The notes beneath the pieces were generated by a model, which was not told where the DNA came from, made no database searches, and worked only from the letters and a program-made list of their open reading frames with translations. From positions 1 through 59,331 of the forward strand of contig JAFLBY010000002.1 in the NCBI GenBank assembly GCA_017302855.1: a DNA stretch of 59,331 bases, in the 5' to 3' direction. Below, piece by piece: positions 46,648 to 56,108 of this stretch. Position 1 is the first letter of the stretch. Each line of letters opens with the position of its first letter. The translations under genes were made by a program, and so were the position numbers. This DNA is from Candidatus Kapaibacterium sp. (GTDB lineage: Bacteria; Bacteroidota; Ignavibacteria; Kapaibacteriales; UBA961).

Positions 46648-48390
46648 TCAATCCTGTTCAGACAATTTTTCCAAAAAATAGGTCTTCATCATGCCTTTGC
46701 CTTTGATTTCCATTTCACCACGCGGGCTAAACCGTAGGGACGGTTCATGCACCGTCTCTACGGCATGTTTAAATTCTTCCGAAATATGGATTTTCCCCGC
46801 TTCGCCATGACTTTCCATTCTTGCTGCTGTGTTCACGGCATCGCCCCATAAATCATAAGCAAATTTCTTCTTTCCAATTACTCCTGCCACAACCTCTCCG
46901 CTATGAATGCCAATACGGATTTGAATTTCCTCGCCTGTGGAAATTGAACGAAATTCCTTCATTGCTTCCATCATTTCTATTGCCATAAGTGCCATTGCTT
47001 GGGCGTGGTCTTCACAGGGTTCGGGTGCGCCACTTACGACCATGTACGCATCGCCAATAGTCTTGATTTTTTCGAGTCTGTGTTTTTCGGCGAGCGTGTC
47101 GAAAGCGGAGAAGATTCTATCTAATCCGGCAACAAGTTCTTCCGCTGAAATGCGCGAAGAGAGTTTTGTAAATCCAACGATATCCGCAAAAAGCACGGAG
47201 ACATTTTCTAATTTCTCGGCTATCAAGCTTTCGCCGGCAATCATTCTATGAGCAATACTTGGCGGTAGAACATTGTGTAAGAGTTGCTCAGTGGCTTCGT
47301 GTTTGGCACGCTCTACGGCAAGGTTTTTATCGCGTTCTGTTTGCTTGCGTTCAAAGTCCCATCGCTCTGCTTGCTTCTTGGTTTCCGCGCTTTGCACTTC
47401 TTTTTCCAACTCGTGGTATTTCTTATAATTGTGGTATGCTTCCGTATTCCGTTCCAGTTTCTCATAGAAATCTGCAAGGGACTTATAAATCTCAGACTGC
47501 TCATTCTTTGCACCGATTTCTTCAAACAAAGAAAGTGATTTGAGCAGATATTCTTCTGCTTTAGCTGCATCATATTCCCCAAACTCCTGTTTTGCATACA
47601 CGGTCCCAATATTTCCAGTAACTACGGCAAGGCTGGATTTCCTTCCGAGTTGATTATTGAGCTCAAGAGTTTGCTTATAGTATTCCAATGCCTTGTCGTA
47701 GGAGCCAAGATTCTTATACACACTCCCTATGTTTCCTGTAACTCTGGCAATGGCAGATTTCTCCCCGAGTTCATTGTGGAGGTCAAGGGCATGCATATAG
47801 TATTCTAATGCAATGTCGTAAGAGCCAAGAGAATTATGCACATTCCCGATATTCCCCGTAACGATGGCAATGCCTGATTTATCTCCGCGTTCATTATTGA
47901 GAGCGAGAGCTTGTACATAGTATTCCAATGCCTTGTCATAGGAGCCAAGATTAGAATACACATTTCCGATATTCCCCGTAACTGCCGCAATACCGTTTTT
48001 TTCCCCGAGTTCATTGTGGAGAGCAAGAGCTTGAACGAAGTATTCCAATGCCTTCTCGTACGAGCCAACATTCTTATACACAATCCCGATATTCGCTGTA
48101 ACGTTGGCAATGCCTAATTTATCGGGAATAGATTGAAAACGTACAAGAGCATCGTTGAGAAGTACGAGCGCAGAGTTGTAATCGCCCTGCCTCCAAGCGG
48201 CTTCACCAAGTATGCGCATAGATTTAGCACAAAGCATGAGCCGATCGGTGGCCTGTTGAGCCTCGCCTGGTGGTAGCTCATTACAGTATTGCAATACCTC
48301 TCTGGAAAGGAGTTCAGATTCTGCATAGTTGCCTTTTTTCATCTCGGTATCGGCGAGCATGAGTTTTTCTTGTAATTGTTCGAGTCTCAT
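46648..48390 (-). CDS. TPR-repeat class III adenylate cyclase
   Basis: Four 40-aa TPR units, then [40 protein letters not shown]. Confidence 0.9.
   Translation of the reverse strand: MRLEQLQEKLMLADTEMKKGNYAESELLSREVLQYCNELPPGEAQQATDRLMLCAKSMRILGEAAWRQGDYNSALVLLNDALVRFQSIPDKLGIANVTANIGIVYKNVGSYEKALEYFVQALALHNELGEKNGIAAVTGNIGNVYSNLGSYDKALEYYVQALALNNERGDKSGIAIVTGNIGNVHNSLGSYDIALEYYMHALDLHNELGEKSAIARVTGNIGSVYKNLGSYDKALEYYKQTLELNNQLGRKSSLAVVTGNIGTVYAKQEFGEYDAAKAEEYLLKSLSLFEEIGAKNEQSEIYKSLADFYEKLERNTEAYHNYKKYHELEKEVQSAETKKQAERWDFERKQTERDKNLAVERAKHEATEQLLHNVLPPSIAHRMIAGESLIAEKLENVSVLFADIVGFTKLSSRISAEELVAGLDRIFSAFDTLAEKHRLEKIKTIGDAYMVVSGAPEPCEDHAQAMALMAIEMMEAMKEFRSISTGEEIQIRIGIHSGEVVAGVIGKKKFAYDLWGDAVNTAARMESHGEAGKIHISEEFKHAVETVHEPSLRFSPRGEMEIKGKGMMKTYFLEKLSEQD
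46732..46763. repeat. CDS-embedded 32-nt palindrome (variant A', two imperfections)
   Basis: CCGTAGGGACGGTTCATGCACCGTCTCTACGG. Confidence 0.9.
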
Positions 48391-48509
48391 GTGTTATTCC
48401 TCATACCTGCACTATGATTGATTTGATTATTGTCATTGCGTTGATTATTGTCTGAAGCGCTGATCAATGTGATTTGTGTGATTATTTTCTTGTATTTTCC
48501 TTTAGTTAT

Positions 48510-48533
48510 GTCAGCTACATAGGGCTGTCATAC
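48510..48533. repeat. Degenerate REP-like palindrome
   Basis: GTCAGCTACATAGGGCTGTCATAC. Confidence 0.7.
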
Positions 48534-48545
48534 AAATCCTGAAAA

Positions 48546-50786
48546 TCATGGTTCAGACACTTTCTCCAAAAAATATGTTTTCATCATTCCTTTGCCTTTG
48601 ATTTCCATGTCACCACGCGGAATAAACCGTAGAGACGGGGCGTGCACCGTCTCTACTGCATGTTTAAATTCTTCCGAAATATGGATTTTGCCCGCTTCGC
48701 CGTGACTCTCCATCCGGCTTGCCGTATTCACTGCATCGCCCCATAAATCAAAACTAAATTTCTTGTCACCGATAACTCCACCTATCGCTTCACCGCTGTG
48801 AATACCTATCCGCACACCTATTTCGCCTATCGATTCTATCCAGGATATATCACCAAGTTCAGAAGGTATGTTTATGTGTAAAGTATTCATTCGATCTAAT
48901 AATGCTATGCTCGCTGAGGCGGCGCGAATTGCATGGTCTTCTTGTGATTCAGGCGCACCCGCTACTGCCATATAGGCATCGCCTATCGTTTTTATCTTCT
49001 CTAAACCATACTGCTCCATTATATTATCTGCGGCACTGAATATAGAGTTCAGAAGATATATCAAATGCTTCGGCGGTACTATACTCGCTATGCGTGTGAA
49101 ACCAACTAAATCCATAAATAACACACTTACCGAAGGATAACTGTCTGCTATAAATGTTTCTTTTTTCAATAAACGCTCAGCGATTGTAGGAGGCAAAACA
49201 TTGTGCAGTAATTTCTCTTGTTCTTCTATGCGGGCTTGGCTTTCAGCGCGCTCAACAGCTATACGTTTTTCCCGCTCTGCTGTTTTACGTTCATAATCCA
49301 ATCGCTCGGCTTGTTTTTTTGATTCTTCACTCTGGACTTCTTTCTCTAATTCATGATAGCGTTTATAGTGAACTGCAAAGTCCTTCCAACGTTCTTGTTT
49401 CTCATATAGCTCGGCAAGGGATTTGAGAAACTCATATTCTTCTTTTTTTGCACCTATTTCTTCCAACATGGAAATTGCTTGCAGCAAATACTCTGTTGCT
49501 TTTTCTGCATCGTAACTCTCATATTTCTCATTCGCATACACAAGTCCTATATTACCTGTATTTATTGCTATACTGATTTTAACTCCTAATTCTTCTTCAA
49601 TTGCAAGGGCGCGTTTATAATACTCTAATGCCTTAGGATAGTCGGACAGACAATAGTAAACAGTCCCTATGTCACCAATATTTTTTGCTACGCCCCCTCT
49701 TGTACCGAGTTCTTCATTGAGTACAAGTGCCTTGATATAGTATTCCAACGCTTTAGAATAGTCTAAAAGATTCTGATATATAAGACCAATGTTTGCAAGA
49801 TCTATGGCAATGCCTTTTTTATTACCAAGTTCTTTATCAAACTCAAGGGCTTTCGTATAGTATTCCAACGCTTTGGAATAATCAAAAAGATTCTGATATA
49901 TAAGTCCGATATTGCCTGTATGTCGTGCAATACCCGATTTATTATCAAGACTTTCACACAGCACAAGAGCCTTTGTATAAAATTCTAAAGCCTTGGGATA
50001 ATCCGAAAGTTTATTATATACCATTCCTAAGTTACCCGCACAGGTTTCTACCCCTCTTTTGTTACCGAGTTCTTCCATGAGCATAAGCGATTTTGCGTAA
50101 TACTCCAATGCCTTAGTGTAGTCCGAGAGAAAAAAATATACATTGCCAATATTACCGTTAACTTCTGCCATCCCTTTTTTATTCCCGAGTTCTTCATAAA
50201 GAGCTTGGGCGCAAGTAAAACACTGTAATGCCTTAGGAAGATCCGAAATAACTCCGTAAAGAATTCCTATATTGCTATGGTTAATTGCTTGCCATGATTT
50301 ATTTCCAGTCTCTTCGTTAATCTTAAGTGCTTGGGTGTAATACTCCAAGGCTTTTGGATAGTCCGAAATATAATCATACACAATTCCAATATTAGAGAGA
50401 ACACCTGCAGCACTCTGCTTATTACCAAGTTCTTCATAGCATCTAAGTGCTTGATTATAACACTCCAAGGCTTTGGCATAATCTGAGAGAAGCCGATACA
50501 CATTCCCGATATTGCCTAATGCTTGAGCTTGCAGTTCTTTGCTTTCTATTTGTTCGGTAATGGTAAGCGCTTGTTCGGCATAAGGCAATGCGTCCTTTGC
50601 CAAACCGCGTTGCCACAACGATTGCGAGAGAGCAAGCAGGATGCGGCAATGGAGCTCCGATTCATTCGCAATAGTGTCATCAACAAGCAGCTCCTGCGCT
50701 TGGGTTTCGGCTTGAGCATAGTCCTTGCCGGATTTAATTAAAACTTCAAGTTCTTCTACTTTGGTTTTGAGTTCTTCGTGGGTCAT
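48546..50786 (-). CDS. TPR-repeat class III adenylate cyclase
   Basis: Start set at ATG 50786 (MTHEELK), which is preceded by AGGAGAG. Eight 40-aa TPR units, then [40 protein letters not shown]. Long-arm subtype. Confidence 0.9.
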   Translation of the reverse strand: MTHEELKTKVEELEVLIKSGKDYAQAETQAQELLVDDTIANESELHCRILLALSQSLWQRGLAKDALPYAEQALTITEQIESKELQAQALGNIGNVYRLLSDYAKALECYNQALRCYEELGNKQSAAGVLSNIGIVYDYISDYPKALEYYTQALKINEETGNKSWQAINHSNIGILYGVISDLPKALQCFTCAQALYEELGNKKGMAEVNGNIGNVYFFLSDYTKALEYYAKSLMLMEELGNKRGVETCAGNLGMVYNKLSDYPKALEFYTKALVLCESLDNKSGIARHTGNIGLIYQNLFDYSKALEYYTKALEFDKELGNKKGIAIDLANIGLIYQNLLDYSKALEYYIKALVLNEELGTRGGVAKNIGDIGTVYYCLSDYPKALEYYKRALAIEEELGVKISIAINTGNIGLVYANEKYESYDAEKATEYLLQAISMLEEIGAKKEEYEFLKSLAELYEKQERWKDFAVHYKRYHELEKEVQSEESKKQAERLDYERKTAEREKRIAVERAESQARIEEQEKLLHNVLPPTIAERLLKKETFIADSYPSVSVLFMDLVGFTRIASIVPPKHLIYLLNSIFSAADNIMEQYGLEKIKTIGDAYMAVAGAPESQEDHAIRAASASIALLDRMNTLHINIPSELGDISWIESIGEIGVRIGIHSGEAIGGVIGDKKFSFDLWGDAVNTASRMESHGEAGKIHISEEFKHAVETVHAPSLRFIPRGDMEIKGKGMMKTYFLEKVSEP
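48627..48658. repeat. CDS-embedded 32-nt palindrome (variant A, two mismatches)
   Basis: CCGTAGAGACGGGGCGTGCACCGTCTCTACTG. Confidence 0.85.
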
Positions 50787-50972
50787 GCTCTCTCCTATTA
50801 TACTCAACTCAGTGTAAAGAATATGTATCCTATTTTAATACAAATGTTTAGCCATATACAGTGCACATACCTATCGCACTCTCTTGCAGCGAATATCACA
50901 ATAGAATTCAATATTGATAAGACATAAAGTATCATCAATGCTCATCAGAGAAGCACTGACTATACACACCTA

Positions 50973-52193
50973 TTAATGCAATTGGGGAATCTCAATGATA
51001 AATTTTGTGCCCTTGGTTTGATTCTCGAACCACACCTTACCTCGCAATGCACGAACAAGATTGGCAACTAATGCCAGTCCTAAACCTACGGATGATTCGC
51101 CTCCGGTCGGCTTTGCCGAGAGTTTCGAATATGCTTGGAAAACAAGGTCTTTCTCCGAGTCGGGAATGCCCGGACCTTCATCAATTATCTCACAACGCAA
51201 CAGGTCTCCATTCTGCATACATGATGTTGTGATGGTAGAGTGTTCAGGAGAGAATTTTACCGCATTGGAGACTAACTGTGTCAGTATTGTTTCTATATGC
51301 TGAGGGTCGGTACGAACCATATTGAGATTGCTCGCACGCTTGAATTCTATCTGTATATTTTTTGCTTTTGCTTGTTGTCTATAAGTCAAATCTATCGTTT
51401 GTAAAATCATTCCAATATCGAATCTGACAGGATTGACATTAACACTAATTTCAGACTGATTTAACTCTATAAGATTAGCGATGATTTCACGTATTCGTCT
51501 TGCCGTTTGCGAGATGCTTACCAAACTGTCTTGAGCTTTGGCTGGCGAGGTAGTGCTTATGTTTTTTACGAGTTGCACAGCCGTATGGTTAATGGAGTCT
51601 ATGGGTTTTTTGATGTCGTCGGCAGCAAGAGCAAGAAAATGAGATTTTTCTTTATTCAATTTTATTAAACCCGTATTCATGTTCAATACCTCATGATTCA
51701 AACGCTCCAACTCATCGGTTTTCTTTTGCAACTGTTCAGTTCTTTGAGCGACTTGCGCTTCCAATGTTTTGTTATATTGAGCAAGGTGTTCGAGCAGTGC
51801 TCTGTTTTCACGAACAAGACGCAAATTCTCTATACCACTCTCCATTGTCATCTTCAAGTCATTCTCTTCCCATGGCTTACCAATATATCGGTACACCTGC
51901 GCCTTATTAATGGAAGAAACAACGGACTCAATATCGCTGTATCCTGTGAGTATAATTCTGATTGCTTCTGGCGCAATATCACGCGAATGGACTAAAAACT
52001 CAACACCTGTCATCTCAGGCATCCTTTGGTCAGAGATAATAACATCTACGCTATTCTCGCGCAATATCTGAAGTGCTTCATGCCCTGATAAAGCTGTGAG
52101 GACACGGTAATCAAAACGGAATGTCGCCTTAAATGACACCAAATTGTGTTCTTCGTCATCGACATAGAGTACAGTTGATTTTTCTTTGTTCAT
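50973..52193 (-). CDS. Hybrid REC - HisKA-like - HATPase_c protein whose H-box lacks the phospho-acceptor His
   Basis: REC domain: VLYVDDEEHNL...VIISDQRMPEMTGVEFL...GKPW. A coiled coil follows. The H-box position reads FLALAADDIKKPIDSI where FLA..SHELRTPL..I is expected. The N box NAVKFSP, G1 IDEGPGIP and G2 GLGLALV are intact. Confidence 0.8.
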   Translation of the reverse strand: MNKEKSTVLYVDDEEHNLVSFKATFRFDYRVLTALSGHEALQILRENSVDVIISDQRMPEMTGVEFLVHSRDIAPEAIRIILTGYSDIESVVSSINKAQVYRYIGKPWEENDLKMTMESGIENLRLVRENRALLEHLAQYNKTLEAQVAQRTEQLQKKTDELERLNHEVLNMNTGLIKLNKEKSHFLALAADDIKKPIDSINHTAVQLVKNISTTSPAKAQDSLVSISQTARRIREIIANLIELNQSEISVNVNPVRFDIGMILQTIDLTYRQQAKAKNIQIEFKRASNLNMVRTDPQHIETILTQLVSNAVKFSPEHSTITTSCMQNGDLLRCEIIDEGPGIPDSEKDLVFQAYSKLSAKPTGGESSVGLGLALVANLVRALRGKVWFENQTKGTKFIIEIPQLH

Positions 52194-52222
52194 TGATAAA
52201 TTTCCTAAAAAAATATATATGA

Positions 52223-53953
52223 CTATTGTTGCAATGGAAGCGTAATTATAAACTCTGTGCCAACTCCAATTTTGCTCTGAACAGTTATGTCTCCATTATT
52301 TTTTTTGATGATATCATAACAAATTGAAAGCCCAAGTCCTGTACCAACCCCAATCGGTTTGGTAGTAAAAAACGGCTCAAAGATACGGTTAATTAGCTCA
52401 TCACTTATTCCTCCACCGGTATCACGAATACTGACCAGAACATTGTCTGCTTGTTGCGATGTGGTTATAGTGATTGTTCCCGAACCTTGTATAGCTTGAA
52501 TTGCATTAACCAAGATATTCATAAATACCTGATTGAGCGGTCCCGGTAAGCACATAATTTGAGGAATGGGTCCATAGTTTTTATGAATGGTTATAGCATC
52601 GCCTATTTTACTGCGCAAGAGTATCAAGGTGGCATCAATACCTTCGTGAATGTCGGTGAGCTTCAGCTCATGTTCATCTAAACGGGAGAATGTGCGTAAT
52701 CCTTTGACTATATCACTCGTCCTTTTTGCTCCGTCTTCGATTGCTCGTAATAAACTCTCTATTTCTTCTTTCAGCTCAACAACAACATCATCTTGGTTTT
52801 CAGGAAGGTAAGTGTTTATCAGATAGCTTATATCGCGTTTTAATGGTAACAAAGACGCACCGATAAAGCCAATAGGATTATTAAGTTCATGAGCAATACC
52901 CGCGGTCAGCTGACCGAGTGATGCCATCTTTTCGGCTTGAACGAGTTGTTGTTCATTTTCTCGAAGGTCTCTCAATGCACGTTCCAATTGCTCATTGGCA
53001 TTGCGAAGTTCGCCATTGCGAAGCTCGGAAAGTTCGGCATTTTTCTTTGCCAAATCAAGGGATAATTCCGCCTCGATTACCGCTGTTTTTTTCGCAACAT
53101 CAATGGACTGTAGCTCATTCTGCAATAAGCTGAACTGCTTTTGGTGTTCGTATGACTTCCGCCAATCCTCCACTGACTCATAGGCGGCGGCAAGAGTTGA
53201 ATGGATGTCGGAAAGATACTTTTTAGCACCAACTTCTTCCAACATACTTTGCCCACGAAGCAAATCGTGGAGAATATTTGGGGGAATTTGCCGTACTTTT
53301 TGGTCAGCCAGATTTGAAAATGCCAAATGTCCGCGCCAACCAAGAGATTGCCCCAACCCGAGTTTATCTTCGACCTTATTAAAACACTCAATTGCACTAT
53401 CAACCGCTGCGAGAGCTTCGGGTGTGTTTCTAAGTCTTGCAAAAACTTTGGAGAAATTCAAGTGGGCATATCCCAGAGAACGAATATTGTTATTTCTTTG
53501 TAAAATCTCGACAGCTTTAGCACACAGACTACTCGCCTCTTCCGCATTATTGGTGTTCAATTCGACAATCGAAAGATTAAGAAGAACCACTCCCAGAAGC
53601 GGATCTGATTTCTCCAATAATTTTCGAGATATTTCAAGGTTTTGCTCCGCTTTTTCAAACTCACTAATCGTTAAATAGAGATAACCGAGAGCATTATGCG
53701 CTGTTGCCAACAATGCCGGATTATCAAGTGGCGTGGCAAGCTCAATTGCGGTGCGCAAACACTCAAGTCCCGCAACGTACTCAGTTTGAAATGTACGAGC
53801 ATTTCCAAGCATAACAAGTACGCGAACTGTTTCAGCATTGGCGACACGCTCCTGTTTTGCATATAGATATGATTCCGCCAATTCGACTACTTGAATAAAT
53901 TGTCCTCGTGAATAGAATTGTTCAATTAATGCGAGAGTTTCTGTTGATATCAT
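52223..53953 (-). CDS. Cytoplasmic TPR-repeat sensor histidine kinase
   Basis: TPR region and coiled coil, H-box LTAGIAHELNNPIGFI, N box NAIQAI, DTGGGI and GTGLGLSI. Its start overlaps the stop of the upstream cyclase gene (ATGA at 53950..53953). Confidence 0.85.
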   Translation of the reverse strand: MISTETLALIEQFYSRGQFIQVVELAESYLYAKQERVANAETVRVLVMLGNARTFQTEYVAGLECLRTAIELATPLDNPALLATAHNALGYLYLTISEFEKAEQNLEISRKLLEKSDPLLGVVLLNLSIVELNTNNAEEASSLCAKAVEILQRNNNIRSLGYAHLNFSKVFARLRNTPEALAAVDSAIECFNKVEDKLGLGQSLGWRGHLAFSNLADQKVRQIPPNILHDLLRGQSMLEEVGAKKYLSDIHSTLAAAYESVEDWRKSYEHQKQFSLLQNELQSIDVAKKTAVIEAELSLDLAKKNAELSELRNGELRNANEQLERALRDLRENEQQLVQAEKMASLGQLTAGIAHELNNPIGFIGASLLPLKRDISYLINTYLPENQDDVVVELKEEIESLLRAIEDGAKRTSDIVKGLRTFSRLDEHELKLTDIHEGIDATLILLRSKIGDAITIHKNYGPIPQIMCLPGPLNQVFMNILVNAIQAIQGSGTITITTSQQADNVLVSIRDTGGGISDELINRIFEPFFTTKPIGVGTGLGLSICYDIIKKNNGDITVQSKIGVGTEFIITLPLQQ

Positions 53954-55932
53954 AGATATTTCTCCAAGAAATAGGTTTTCATTTTTCCTTTGCCTTTAAT
54001 TTCTATTTCGCCACGGGGGATAAACCGTAGGGACGGTTCATGCACCGTCTCTACGGCATGTTTAAATTCTTCCGAAACATGGATTTTTCCTGCTTCGCCG
54101 TGGGATTCCATCCTGCTTGCCGTGTTCACGGCATCGCCCCATAAATCATACAGAAACTTGTTCTCGCCGACAACACCCGCCGCCGCAGGACCACAATGCA
54201 GACCAATGCGAACTTCTATTTCGGGAATACTCTCTATCCAACTTCTATCACCATATTCAGGAGGAAAACTTACCACTAAGTTTTGCATGACATCAAGGAG
54301 TTTGAGTGCTGCGTTTGCGGCGCGATGGGCATGGTCTTCTTGCATAATCGGTGCACCGGCAACCGCCATGTATGCATCGCCTATGGTCTTGATTTTCTCC
54401 AAACCGAACTCGCGCATTACGCCATCGGCAGCAGTAAAAATAGCATTGAGCAAATGCACAAGTTGCTGCGCGGAAATAGTTGTCGAGAGTTTTGTAAAAT
54501 CAACAATGTCCATGAAGAGAACAGAAACTCCATCGTAGTGGTCCGCTATGGGATTCTCCCCTTTTATCAGGCGTTGCGTAATTCCTTCAGGAAGGATATT
54601 GTTCAGGATGTTCTCGCGCTCTTGGAAGCGTGTACGGTCTATCTCCATTTCTTTTTCGCGCTCGGCGACTTGCTTCTGTTGCTCCATGAGCATTGCTTTT
54701 TTCTTCGCTTCTTCGCTTTGGACTTCTTCTTTTAGTTCGTGATATTTTGTCTTGTGCTTATATGCCTCTTCCCAGCGTTTTTGTTGCTCGTACAGTTCAG
54801 CAAGACCTTTATGTGTTTCATACTGAAAATTCTTTGCACCGATATCTTCAAACCCGCTTAGTACTTTGATCAGATATTCTTCTGCTTTTGCAGGGTCGTA
54901 GCCATCGAAGTCCTGCTGTGCGTAGGTTGCTCCGATGTTGCCGAGATTAATTGCCACACCTGCTTTGTTGCCGAGTTCTTCATCGAGTGCTAGTGCCTTG
55001 CCGTAGTACTCCAAGGCACGGGCATAGTCCGAGAGATTCCTATGCACAGTCCCGATATTGCCGAGATTGTTTGCCACGCCTGCTTTGTTGCCGAGTTCTT
55101 CTTCGAGTGTTAATGCCTTGCCGTAGTACTCCAAGGCACGGGCATAGTCCGAGAGAGAATGATGCACAGTCCCGATGTTGCCGAGATGTCTTGACACGCC
55201 TGCTTTGTTACCAAGTTCTTCATCAAGCGCTAATGCCTTGCCATAGTACTCCAAAGCACGGGAATAGTCCGAGAGAGAATGATAGACAATACCGATGTTA
55301 CCGAGATTAGTTGCCATGCCTGTTTTTTTGCCGAGTTCTTCATCGAGTGATAATGCCTTGCCATAGTACTCCAAGGCAAGCGCATAGTCCGAGAGATTCT
55401 GATGGACAAGACCGATATTGCCAAGACAACTTGCCACACCTGCTTTGTTGCCGAGTTCTTCATGGAGTGATAATGCCTTACTATAGTACTCCAAAGCACG
55501 GGCATAGTCCGAGAGATTCTGATGCACAATCCCGATATTACCGAGGTATATTGCCACGCCTGCTTTGTTACCGAGTTCTTCATTGAGCGCTAATGCCTTG
55601 CCATAGTACTCCAAAGCACGGGAATAGTCCGAGAGATTCGCATGCACAGTCCCGATATTGCCGAGTGTTTTGGCTTGCAGTTTTTTACTATCTATGAGTT
55701 CGGCAAGGGCAAGTGCTTGTTCGGCGTATGGCAATGCATCTTTTGCCATACCACGCCGCCACAACGATTGCGAGAGAGCAAGCAGGATGCGGCAGTGGAG
55801 CTCCGATTCATTCATAAGAGCATTTTCTGCAAGCAGTTCCCGCGCTTGGGTTTCAACAAGAGCATAGTCAGAACCGCTCTGAATCATTGCTTCGATTTCT
55901 TCTACTTTGATTTTGAGTTCGTCGTGGGTCAT
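53950..55932 (-). CDS. TPR-repeat class III adenylate cyclase
   Basis: Start set at MTHDELK (55932). Six near-uniform 40-aa TPR units, then [40 protein letters not shown]. Confidence 0.9.
   Translation of the reverse strand: MTHDELKIKVEEIEAMIQSGSDYALVETQARELLAENALMNESELHCRILLALSQSLWRRGMAKDALPYAEQALALAELIDSKKLQAKTLGNIGTVHANLSDYSRALEYYGKALALNEELGNKAGVAIYLGNIGIVHQNLSDYARALEYYSKALSLHEELGNKAGVASCLGNIGLVHQNLSDYALALEYYGKALSLDEELGKKTGMATNLGNIGIVYHSLSDYSRALEYYGKALALDEELGNKAGVSRHLGNIGTVHHSLSDYARALEYYGKALTLEEELGNKAGVANNLGNIGTVHRNLSDYARALEYYGKALALDEELGNKAGVAINLGNIGATYAQQDFDGYDPAKAEEYLIKVLSGFEDIGAKNFQYETHKGLAELYEQQKRWEEAYKHKTKYHELKEEVQSEEAKKKAMLMEQQKQVAEREKEMEIDRTRFQERENILNNILPEGITQRLIKGENPIADHYDGVSVLFMDIVDFTKLSTTISAQQLVHLLNAIFTAADGVMREFGLEKIKTIGDAYMAVAGAPIMQEDHAHRAANAALKLLDVMQNLVVSFPPEYGDRSWIESIPEIEVRIGLHCGPAAAGVVGENKFLYDLWGDAVNTASRMESHGEAGKIHVSEEFKHAVETVHEPSLRFIPRGEIEIKGKGKMKTYFLEKYL
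54025..54056. repeat. CDS-embedded 32-nt palindrome (variant A')
   Basis: CCGTAGGGACGGTTCATGCACCGTCTCTACGG. Confidence 0.9.
54940..55665. repeat. Tandem 120-bp in-frame repeats (6 TPR units)
   Basis: Same unit family as 39405..40250, with long identical strings between units and between the two genes. Confidence 0.85.
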
Positions 55933-56001
55933 TGTCTCAACTATGATTTGTTTGATTGTTTTGATTACTGTGATTGTTTTTGTGTTTGATATTTTTTTCG
56001 T

Positions 56002-56095
56002 GTAGAACAGCCACATAGGGCTGTCATACAAATCATGGTCCGGACATTGTTTCTTTTGTATTTCATTTTATGTCAGCCACATAGGGCTGTTCTAC
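56002..56095. repeat. Two REP-like palindromes, one 66-bp unit
   Basis: GTAGAACAGCCACATAGGGCTGTCATAC (56002..56029) and GTCAGCCACATAGGGCTGTTCTAC (56072..56095). Confidence 0.9.
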
Positions 56096-56108
56096 AAATC
56101 CAAAAAAA

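Noticed and set aside
40594-56095. Intergenic hairpins as simple rho-independent terminators of each cyclase gene.
   Set aside because: On the transcribed (minus) strand the stems are followed by A-rich sequence, not a U tract, and up to three copies occur in tandem. A terminator or RNA-stability role is not excluded, but the canonical signature is absent.
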